Positions 22,527 to 30,856 of a stretch of 64,000 bases of DNA are shown here, piece after piece (the stretch's first letter is position 1; each line of letters opens with the position of its first letter). The notes beneath the pieces are model-generated. The model saw only the letters and a program-made list of their open reading frames with translations. It searched no databases and was not told the DNA's origin. Location: positions 702,413-766,412 of the forward strand of contig CAVXGS010000002.1 of the NCBI GenBank assembly GCA_963761535.1, written 5' to 3'. Origin of the DNA: an uncultured Coriobacteriales bacterium. GTDB lineage: Bacteria > Actinomycetota > Coriobacteriia > Anaerosomatales > CAVXGS01. Both the position numbers and the translations under genes were made by a program.

Positions 22527-22961
22527 CTACAGGAGTCCGGCGTCGGCCAGCTCCCGGGCGAGATCCTCGGCGTTCTGCTCGATCTCGCCCTCATATGCGC
22601 TCCAGGTTTCGGCGTCCCAGATCTCGATCCGGTTGCCGGTCCCGGTGATCGCCACGTCCTTGGCAAGCCCCGCATGCTCCCGGAGCTTCGGCGGCAGGGA
22701 CACTCGGCCCGCCGTGTCCAGCTCCACCTCTACCGCGCCTGCCGTGAAGCGACGGCGCAACTGCCGGATGCGAGGGTCGAAGTCCTCCCTAGCCAGCAGG
22801 CCCGACAGAAACGAGTCGTACGCCTCGCTCGGATACACGTAGAGGCAGTTCTCGAAGCCCTTCACGATGACCACCGAACCGGTCATCTGGGTGCGGAACT
22901 TCGAGGGCATTGACACGCGTCCCTTGGCATCGAGCGTGTGATGGAACTCGCCGAGAAACAT
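22527..22961 (-). CDS. mraZ: Transcriptional regulator MraZ
   Basis: 144 aa with two MraZ/SpoVT-AbrB repeats (DAKGRVSMP / DTAGRVSLP); first gene of the cluster. Confidence 0.9.
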   Translation of the reverse strand: MFLGEFHHTLDAKGRVSMPSKFRTQMTGSVVIVKGFENCLYVYPSEAYDSFLSGLLAREDFDPRIRQLRRRFTAGAVEVELDTAGRVSLPPKLREHAGLAKDVAITGTGNRIEIWDAETWSAYEGEIEQNAEDLARELADAGLL

Positions 22962-23045
22962 CCCTCGAAGTGCCCTTCAGTCCTCCCCGGGCAGGAAGGT
23001 CCGAACTCCCCTCCCCGCTTCCTGCCGACACTCTATGACACTTCA

Positions 23046-23080
23046 TCCCACCATGCAACACTTTCACCCACATTCATCCA
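23046..23080 (-). promoter_or_regulatory. Putative MraZ operator: 10-bp-periodic GTGGG direct repeats upstream of mraZ
   Basis: On the mraZ-coding strand GTGGA, GTGGG, GTGTT, GTGGG recur with exact 10-nt spacing, 85-120 nt upstream of the mraZ ATG (plus strand CCCAC at 23046 and 23066, AACAC at 23056, TCCAC at 23076). Confidence 0.45.
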
Positions 23081-23292
23081 CGGGAACGGTTCTTTGTCCC
23101 ACCTGCGCCGGTCTGGTGGTCGATCGCGTCGCGAACCAAGTCGCTTCGGCGAGCGTCTGAAGGGCTGACAAGGCAAGTCGGTGGGTCACATTGACAGTCG
23201 GATATGGAGGCATGGCGGTTGCTCCGAGCGTGGCTGGCGCTTAGAATTCATAAGACAGCTCTGTGTGCTACTCGGAGAGGTGAAGACTCCTC

Positions 23293-23499
23293 ATGACCGC
23301 GAACGTTCCTATCGTGCTCGTCCAGTTCCTCGCGCTCGCCTTCTTCGTCGTAATCGCGCTGGGTATCGCGCTTGGTGCCTACGCCGCCCGCTCGCTCAAG
23401 CGTGCCGAGCAGACCGTTCCGGTCGAGGCACCGGTCGCGGTGACTGCGTACGACGCGCCGGCCGCGAGCGACAGCGCGGTCGAGTCCTCGATCGACTAG
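23293..23499 (+). CDS. Small hydrophobic protein, 68 aa (hypothetical)
   Basis: ATG preceded by ggagagg RBS; one TM helix (IVLVQFLALAFFVVIALGIALGAY); divergent from mraZ. Confidence 0.35.
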   Translation: MTANVPIVLVQFLALAFFVVIALGIALGAYAARSLKRAEQTVPVEAPVAVTAYDAPAASDSAVESSID

Positions 23500-23590
23500 C
23501 CGCTTCCCTCCATACCGACGTCACTCGGACGCCCACCCGCTTGCGGGATGGGCGTCTCTTGTTTGTCTGGCGCCTTGATCGAGAGGAGCC

Positions 23591-24583
23591 GTGATGAACG
23601 TCCGGAGAATCCTTGTGGGAGCGGGAGTCCTGCTCGCAGCGCTGGTCGTGGTCGGATGGGTCGCATCCATCGCACTGACCGGCGCGTCCGTGGGAGGCAG
23701 CACCGAGGGGAGCGTCGGTGCCTCTGCGTCGAGCACCGCGGTAGAGATGTCACCGCCGGCAAGAGACGTTGCCGCGGCACCGGACGCCGCCATGACGAAG
23801 GAAGTCGCTGCCAGCGAGGCCGGCGGCTCGATGGCGGGAAGCGTCAGCGAGCAGCGCGCCGTCGTCCGAACGGCTTCGGTCACTTTGACCGTCGACAAGG
23901 TCCCCTCGGCTGTGGAGAAGCTTCGGGCACTGATCGCCGCCGCAGGTGGCGAGGTCGACTCGCTGTCCTACTCGGCAGGCACCGAGCAGCCCTATCCCCT
24001 CCCGATCGAGCAGTCGGCCGGCTCGGCACGGGGCCCGCAGTCGGCGACCGTCGTGATCCGGGTTCCCGCGGGCAAGCTCGAGCCACTGAGTCGGTCCGTC
24101 GCCCGTCTGGGTGAGGTCACCGCGCAATCGGCTGCGCAGGACGACATCACCGCGCAGGTGGTGGACCTCGACGCCAGGCTGCGGAACCTGCGCGCCGAGG
24201 AGATCCGGCTCCGCTCGTTCCTCGACAAGGCGGTGCGCGTATCCGACATGCTGAGCATCGAGCGGGAGCTGGCCCGGGTGCGCGGCGAGATCGAGGCGAT
24301 GCAGGCCCAGCAGCGCTACCTGAAGGACCAGGTAGCGATGGCCACGCTCACGGTGTCTCTCTCCCAGCCGGCGCCGGTGGTCTCCCCTGCCGGAACGAAC
24401 TGGGGTTTCGGCGAAGCTGTGACACGCGGCGTTCAGGCAGCAGCTACCGTCCTCGGATCGACCATCACCGTCGGCATCGCGCTTCTGCCGCTCGCTGCGG
24501 GTATCCTGCTCGTGTGGTGGCTCGTCGCGCTCTGGCGCCGTCGCCACCGTGGGCATCGAGAGGCCGCGCTCGAAACGGAGTAG
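23591..24583 (+). CDS. DUF4349 domain protein (N-terminal TM, coiled-coil core, C-terminal TM)
   Basis: 330 aa. The core SATVVIRVPAGKLEPL...DDITAQVVDLDARLRNLRAEEIRLRSFLDKA..DMLSIERELARVRGEIEAMQAQQRYLKDQVAMATLTVSL matches the DUF4349 signature. Confidence 0.55.
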   Translation: MMNVRRILVGAGVLLAALVVVGWVASIALTGASVGGSTEGSVGASASSTAVEMSPPARDVAAAPDAAMTKEVAASEAGGSMAGSVSEQRAVVRTASVTLTVDKVPSAVEKLRALIAAAGGEVDSLSYSAGTEQPYPLPIEQSAGSARGPQSATVVIRVPAGKLEPLSRSVARLGEVTAQSAAQDDITAQVVDLDARLRNLRAEEIRLRSFLDKAVRVSDMLSIERELARVRGEIEAMQAQQRYLKDQVAMATLTVSLSQPAPVVSPAGTNWGFGEAVTRGVQAAATVLGSTITVGIALLPLAAGILLVWWLVALWRRRHRGHREAALETE

Positions 24584-24647
24584 TCAGATACATCCTCGAA
24601 TCCGCATATCCCTGTGGGCGGCGGTCGCGATCGTGGCCGCCGCCTTC

Positions 24648-24872
24648 ATGCTGCGCACCGTGCTGCGCGGCTTCACCTTCGACCGCACCGACGCGATCGT
24701 GTTCGGGCTGTTCCTGGTGGTGCTGACGGTGACGGCGTTAGGGCGTCGGTGGGTCGCGGCGGGCGCTCGCGCGGAGGCCGCGGCCCCTCGGACGGGGAGC
24801 GGGACGACACCGATCAGGCTGGCGACGAACCCCGCGAGACCGAACCGCGCTAGAGGCTCCGCAGCCCGCTAG
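24648..24872 (+). CDS. Small two-TM membrane protein (hypothetical; start uncertain)
   Basis: ORF 24549..24872 contains two hydrophobic helices (SLWAAVAIVAAAF, AIVFGLFLVVLTVTAL). Only weak coding evidence. Confidence 0.25.
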   Translation: MLRTVLRGFTFDRTDAIVFGLFLVVLTVTALGRRWVAAGARAEAAAPRTGSGTTPIRLATNPARPNRARGSAAR

Positions 24873-25825
24873 TCCTTCTCCTTGTACGGCTTGCCGTCCG
24901 CGGCCGGAGCGACTGCACGGCCCATGACGCCGGCGAGCACGATGACCGTGAGCAGGTACGGCAGCATCAGGAAGAACTGCGGCGGGATCTTGATGACGTC
25001 GCTGAACAGCTGGAGTTTGAGCTGGAGCGCGTCGGCGAATCCGAACAGCAGCGACGCCAGGTAGGCCCCTCCCGGAATCCAACGCCCGAAGATCATCGCG
25101 GCGAGCGCGATGAATCCGCGGCCGTTCGTCATGCCCTCGGTGAACCCGCCGATCTGCTCCAGCGACAGTTGCGCGCCGGCCAGACCGCCCATGACTCCCG
25201 ACATCATGACCGCGAACCAGCGGCCCCGGTACACCGAGATCCCCACCGTGGCCGCGGCACGGGGATGCTCGCCCAGCGACCGCAGGCGCAGCCCCCAGCG
25301 CGTCCGGAACAGGGCCCAGGTGAAGAAGATCGCCGAGAAGATGCCCACGTACACGAGTGGCGTGTAGCTCAAGAAGACGACGTCGATCCAAACCCACAAC
25401 TGACCGAAGAACCCCTCGCCACCGACCGGGAGCTTCAGGAGCGGCGGAATCGTCTTCACCGGATCGGTGGTACCGGGATGGCCGTAGATCGTCTCCATCA
25501 GGAATCCCGAGACGCCCAGAGCCAGGATGTTGATCGCCGTGCCCGAGACGACCTGATCGGCCCGGAGGTTGATCGAGGCAAGCGCGTGGAGCGCCGCGAA
25601 CGAGCAGGCCGCGGCGACGGCGGCCACGACGCCGAGCCACGGGTTGCCGGTCGCCAACGTCACGACGCTTCCAAAGAACGCCGAGATGAGCATCAGGCCT
25701 TCCATCGCGATGTTCACGACGCCCGATCGCTCGCAGATCGTCGCACCGATCGCGGCGAGGGCGATCGGGGTCGCCAGCCGGACCGCGGAGGCGAACAGCT
25801 CGGGAGTCAGGACCTCACTGAGCAA
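24869..25825 (-). CDS. ABC transporter permease, BMP/nucleoside-type (NupQ/YufQ-like)
   Basis: 318 aa polytopic protein with the conserved loop of branched-chain/ribose-type permeases; overlaps the upstream permease by 11 nt. Confidence 0.8.
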   Translation of the reverse strand: MLSEVLTPELFASAVRLATPIALAAIGATICERSGVVNIAMEGLMLISAFFGSVVTLATGNPWLGVVAAVAAACSFAALHALASINLRADQVVSGTAINILALGVSGFLMETIYGHPGTTDPVKTIPPLLKLPVGGEGFFGQLWVWIDVVFLSYTPLVYVGIFSAIFFTWALFRTRWGLRLRSLGEHPRAAATVGISVYRGRWFAVMMSGVMGGLAGAQLSLEQIGGFTEGMTNGRGFIALAAMIFGRWIPGGAYLASLLFGFADALQLKLQLFSDVIKIPPQFFLMLPYLLTVIVLAGVMGRAVAPAADGKPYKEKD

Positions 25826-26978
25826 CGGGGACCGCCCTCCTCTCGCGGATGCGCGAGACCGTCCAGGTGACGATCGACTCGGCTGCGATCAGGAAGATGA
25901 TGATGGCCTGGAGGATCGCGATGAGCTTCTGCGACACTCCGGCCTCGAGTTGCATCGTGCCGGCTCCGGCAGACAGCGCACCGAACAGGATCGCGGCAGG
26001 AATGACTGCGATGGGATTGTTCTTCGCGAGCAGCGCGACGGCGATGCCGGTGAACCCGAATCCTGACGAGAACTGGTCGAACAGGCGGTAGTGGACACCC
26101 ATCACCTCGGAGGCACCCGCCAGGCCCGCGAGAGCACCAGAGATGCACAGCGACTTGATGGTGGTCGAGGCGATCGAGATACCGGCGTTCTGCGCGCCCA
26201 GCGGGTTGAACCCGACCGCGCGGGCCTCGAAGCCCAACGTCGTGTACTTGAGTATCAGCCACACGAAGATCGCCACGACGATGGCGACGATGACTCCCAG
26301 GTGAGCGCGAGACGACTGCAGGAACGTCACGATCTCGAACAGCCTCGGCAGACGCGCGTTGACCGCGATCTCGGACGTCTGGGGTACCGCGCCCGGTGCC
26401 TTCAGCGGGCCGGTGACGAGCCACGACACGAGATAGCGCCCGATGTAGGTGAACATCATCGTGGTGATGACCTCGTGGGCACCACGCGTGGCCTTGAGGA
26501 CTGCGGGGATGAAGGCCCAGGCTGCGCCCCCAAGCATCGCCGCGATCAGGATGAGCGGCAGCGAGATGATCCACGGCATGCCGGCGAGCTGCACCCCGAA
26601 GAACGCGGCTGCAAGACCCCCGAGGAAGAGCTGGCCCTCCGCGCCGATGTTGAACAGGCCGGCGCGGAAACCGTATGCAACTGCGAGGCCGGTGAACATG
26701 AGCGGAGTAGCCCTCAGCAGAGTCTCGCCGATCGCTCGCTGGGTGCCGAAGGCCCCCTGGAACATCGCCGAGAACGCCTCGACGGGGTTGCCCCCGGTGA
26801 GCAGGATGATCACCGAGCCGATCAGAACGGCGATCGCCACCGAGATGAACGGCGTGGCTATCTTGATCGCGCGATCAACGCGCTGTTGCTCGAGCGCGAA
26901 CCGCTTCTCCATCGAGTCCGGGCCGGGGACCTCTTCAGGAGACATCTCCCTCAGGTCGTCATTGCGCTCGTCAGACAC
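25815..26978 (-). CDS. ABC transporter permease, BMP/nucleoside-type (NupP/YufP-like)
   Basis: 387 aa polytopic protein; overlaps the ATPase stop by 8 nt. Confidence 0.8.
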   Translation of the reverse strand: MSDERNDDLREMSPEEVPGPDSMEKRFALEQQRVDRAIKIATPFISVAIAVLIGSVIILLTGGNPVEAFSAMFQGAFGTQRAIGETLLRATPLMFTGLAVAYGFRAGLFNIGAEGQLFLGGLAAAFFGVQLAGMPWIISLPLILIAAMLGGAAWAFIPAVLKATRGAHEVITTMMFTYIGRYLVSWLVTGPLKAPGAVPQTSEIAVNARLPRLFEIVTFLQSSRAHLGVIVAIVVAIFVWLILKYTTLGFEARAVGFNPLGAQNAGISIASTTIKSLCISGALAGLAGASEVMGVHYRLFDQFSSGFGFTGIAVALLAKNNPIAVIPAAILFGALSAGAGTMQLEAGVSQKLIAILQAIIIFLIAAESIVTWTVSRIRERRAVPVAQ

Positions 26979-28586
26979 GCTCGCCCTCCGGTAGGTCGGA
27001 GACCGCCGGGCGCAGTTCCTGCTCGCCCTTGCCGCCGGTCATGTAGAACCCGAGCTCCTCCTCGTTCACCGCACCGCTCTCGAACTCGGCGACGATCCGC
27101 CCCTCGTAGAACACGAGGATGCGGTCCGAGAGCGAGAGGATCTCCTCGAGCTCCATGCTCACGAGCAGCACGCCCTTGCCGGCACCTCTCTCGGCGAGGA
27201 TCTGCCGGTGCACGAATTCGATGGCGCCGACGTCGAGGCCGCGCGTTGGCTGCCCCGCCACGAGAAGCTCGGGATTCCGACCCAGCTCGCGCGCCAGCAC
27301 GAGCTTCTGCTGGTTGCCGCCCGATAGGTTCCCGGCCAACACCGTCGAACTGGGCGTCCGGACGTCGTAGTCGGCGATGCGCTTCTCGGCCATCTTGTTC
27401 ATCGCAGCGCGGTCGAGCACGCCGAAGCGCGAGATCGGCGGTCGGGCGTGGTCGCCGAGAGCCACGTTCTCGATCAGGTCGAACTCGAGGACGAGTCCGC
27501 GCCGCTGGCGGTCCTCGGGCACGTGCGAGACGCCCGCCTGAATGGTCGCGCGGGGATCGGCGTGCGTGATGTCCTTGCCGAGCAGGGTGACCTTGCCACC
27601 CGATGCCTTGCGAATGCCGGTGACAACCTCGATGAGCTCCCGCTGGCCGTTGCCGTCGACACCGGCGACGCCCACGATCTCGCCTCGGCGAACCTCCAGG
27701 GTCACGCCGCGGAGTGCCTCGAGCTTGCGGTCGTCGAGCGCATGCAGGTCCTCGACCCGCAGTACGACGTCGCCGGGTGTCGACGGCTCCTTGTCGACCC
27801 GCAGCACCACGTCGCGGCCTACCATCATCTTCGCGAGCGAGCGCTGATCGCATGCCGACGGGCTGGTCTCGCCGACCACTTTGCCCGCGCGCATCACGAC
27901 GATGCGGTCCGAGAAGTCCATGACCTCTTCGAGCTTGTGCGTGATGATCACGACGGCGAGGCCTTCAGTGACCAGCCCACGCACGATCTCGAACAACTCA
28001 TCGACCTCTTGTGGCGTGAGAACCGCCGTGGGCTCGTCGAGGATCAGGATCCGAGCCTGACGGTAAAGCGCCTTGAGAATCTCGACCCGCTGCTGCATGC
28101 CAACCGAGAGGTCCAGAACCCGCGAGTCGGGGTCGACTCGCAGGCTGTACTTCTCGGCGATTTCGACGACACGCTCGCGCGCGACGGTGCGATCGATCAC
28201 GCCGCCGCGGGAGACGGGCTCGTTGCCCAGCACGATGTTCTCGGTGACGGTGAGAGGCTCGACCAGCATGAAGTGCTGGTGCACCATGCCGATCCCCAGC
28301 TCGATCGCGTCCTTGGGGCTATCGATCTTGACCGGCCGGCCCTCGACGAGGATCTCGCCGGCATCGGCGGAGAGCAGCCCGTACACGACGTTCATCAGCG
28401 TCGACTTGCCGGCGCCGTTCTCGCCAAGCAGCGCGAGCACTTCGCCGGGCGAGACGGCAATGGACACGTCTTCGTTGGCGAGAACGCCGGGGAAGCGCTT
28501 GGTGATGTGCCGGCACTCCAGGATCGGAGGTCCCGACGCGCCGGGTGTGGGCAGTTCGCAGGCGGGGCTGGAGTCGGAGCTCATCG
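26971..28586 (-). CDS. ABC transporter ATP-binding protein with duplicated ATPase domains
   Basis: Two Walker A sites (GENGAGKST; second domain in the latter half). ATG at 28586 with aggaga RBS. The first 94 codons of ORF ..28866 are Arg/Ser-rich read-through. Confidence 0.85.
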
Positions 28587-28648
28587 TTCTCCTGGCCTCA
28601 AGCGGGAGGGGCCGGCGACGATTCGCCGGCCCCTCGCTGTCATTCGAG

Positions 28649-29736
28649 CTACTTCTGGACCGTGTCGGGAACAGTGAAGCCGCCGGAGATGACCTCCTGC
28701 TTCGCGGCCTCGACCTTGTCCTTGATCTCCTGCGGGATCTTGCTCTCCCAGTCGTGGTACGGCGCAAGACCGACGCCGTCCTCCTTGAGGCCGAACAGTG
28801 CGTTCTCGCCACCCTTGAGGGTGCCCTCGTTCGCACGCTTGACCGTCTCGTACACCGCGTTGTCAACGCGCTTGACCGCGGAGGTCAGGATCACGTCGCC
28901 GGCGTTGGGGATGGTCTCGTACTGGTCGGCGTCAACACCGATGAAGATCGCGTCGTTCTCCTGGCACGCCTTGAAGGTGCCGAGACCGGTCTGGCCTGCA
29001 GCGGCGAAGACGATGTCCGCACCCTGCTCGATGAGGGCCTTGCCCGCCTCGAGACCCTTCTGCTGGTCGGTGAACGAACCGGTGTAGATGCTCTTGACCT
29101 GGACGTTCGGGTTGGCCTTCTTGGCACCCGCGACGAACCCGGCCTCGAAGCGCTGCACCGGCGGAATCGGCATACCGCCGACGAAGCCGAGGATCGGCTT
29201 GGCGTTGATGCGCGGGTCGATCGCCGGGTCGGTGGTCATCAGCGCGGCGAGATAGCCGGCCAGATAGGCCGCTTCCTGCTCCTTGAAGTTCAGGCCGATG
29301 ACGTTCTCGATCGTGGGATCGAAGAACTGGTCGATACCGCCGAAGGTGACATCGGGATACGTGGTGGAGACCTTCGAAACGGTGTCCTGCATGAGGAAGC
29401 CGACCGCGAAGATCGGGTTGTAGCCGGCGCTTACGAGCTGCTGGATGTTGCTCTCGTAGTCCGCGGCCTCCTTGGACTCGAGGACCGTCGTCTCGATCCC
29501 GAACTCCTTCTTGGCGCGCTCGAGGCCTGCATTCGACAGGTCGTTGAACGACTTGTCGCCCAGACCGCCGATGTCGGTGACCATCGCCGCCTTGATGTCG
29601 GACTTTGCCTCGCTTCGCCACCGCCCGTGGTGGACGACTCGCTCCCACCGCCCCCGCACCCGACGACCAGTGCGGCAACCAGTGCGAGAACGAGCGTGAG
29701 CACGACGAGCTTGGTCCCGTGACTTCTCACGGACAT
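28649..29736 (-). CDS. BMP-family (PnrA/Med-like) substrate-binding lipoprotein (frame interrupted near 29617)
   Basis: Signal peptide plus lipobox MSVRSHGTKLVVLTLVLALVAALVVGCGG in frame of ORF 29431..29796 (RBS aagaggaggg), mature domain in ORF 28649..29854. A 1-nt deletion at ESSTTGGGEA|KSDIKAAM joins them. Confidence 0.8.
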
Positions 29737-29862
29737 CCCTCCTCTTCCAGTCCGCGACGCCGCAAGCATGCGGTTCGCGATGACGGCGTTCCCCACTCTC
29801 CTCCAACATCATACCGCTGCGATGCCACTTCGCACGCACTTGCCCTGAATACAATCCTCGCC

Positions 29863-30765
29863 TTACCGCATACGGGCCCGCGGGTGCGTGGACAGGTACT
29901 CCTCCCTCAGGTGGATGCGGTCGACGTGGGTGTAGATCTGGGTCGTCGCGATGTCGGAGTGACCGAGCATCTCCTGAAGCGCCCGGAGGTCCGCACCGCC
30001 CTGGAGCAGGTGCGTCGCGAAGGAGTGACGCAGCGTGTGCGGATGCAGGTCCAGGCCGACCCGACCTCCGTACGCGCGGACCATCCGGAAGAGGGCCTGG
30101 CGGCTGAGCCTTCCGCCCCTCGCGTTCAGGAACACGGCGGAGGGGTGCTGCGAAGCGGAGGCTGCAGTCCGCAGGTAGGGGCGGCCGCTGCGCAGGTACG
30201 CGTCGAGGGCATGGGACGCGATGCCGCCGATCGGCACCAAGCGCTCCTTGCTCCCCTTCCCGAACACACGCACGAAGCCGGCCACCAGGTCGAGGTTGGC
30301 TAGGTCGAGCCCGACCGCCTCGCTCGCCCGCAGTCCGCAGCCGTACAGCACCTCCAGCAGCGCCCGATCCCGAAGGCCGAGCGGCCCATCCGGGAAGGGC
30401 TGACCCAGCAGGCGGCCGGCGTCGTCGATGGAGATGACGTCAGGCAGCCGCGCGATCTTCTTGGGCAGCGGAAGCCGGGAGGTGGGATGGTTCTCGGTGA
30501 TGCCTTCGCGCACGAGGAAGCGGTGGTAGCTCTTGACCGCCGACACCTTCCGCTGCACCGACGACGGTGCGAGACCGTCCGTGCGCAGCTTCACGATCCA
30601 CTCGGTGACGTCGTCGCGGCCGACGCCCGCGGGATCGACGATGCCCCGCTTCTCCAGGAAGTCGGCGTAGTTGCCGAGATCGCGCCGATACGCGCCGATC
30701 GTGTTCTGGGAGGAGCCTCGCTCAACGGCCAGGTAGCCGAGGAATTCGTCGATGAGTTCGCGCAT
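29863..30765 (-). CDS. xerD: Tyrosine site-specific recombinase XerD
   Basis: 300 aa intact with the R..HxxR..Y catalytic signature (LRHSFATHLL, HSDIATTQIYTHV). Confidence 0.8.
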   Translation of the reverse strand: MRELIDEFLGYLAVERGSSQNTIGAYRRDLGNYADFLEKRGIVDPAGVGRDDVTEWIVKLRTDGLAPSSVQRKVSAVKSYHRFLVREGITENHPTSRLPLPKKIARLPDVISIDDAGRLLGQPFPDGPLGLRDRALLEVLYGCGLRASEAVGLDLANLDLVAGFVRVFGKGSKERLVPIGGIASHALDAYLRSGRPYLRTAASASQHPSAVFLNARGGRLSRQALFRMVRAYGGRVGLDLHPHTLRHSFATHLLQGGADLRALQEMLGHSDIATTQIYTHVDRIHLREEYLSTHPRARMR

Positions 30766-30856
30766 GAGAGGAGTATGTCATCTCCCTGCAGGATGCAACG
30801 AGGGGCGGAGGAGCATCACTCCCCCACCCCTCGCGTCGATCCATGCACGCGCGGTG

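Noticed and set aside
30766-30856. Imperfect hairpin aggggcgg...ccacccct between the flotillin stop and the xerD start
   Set aside because: One mismatch in an 8-bp stem and no U-tract. It is too weak to call as a terminator or attachment site.
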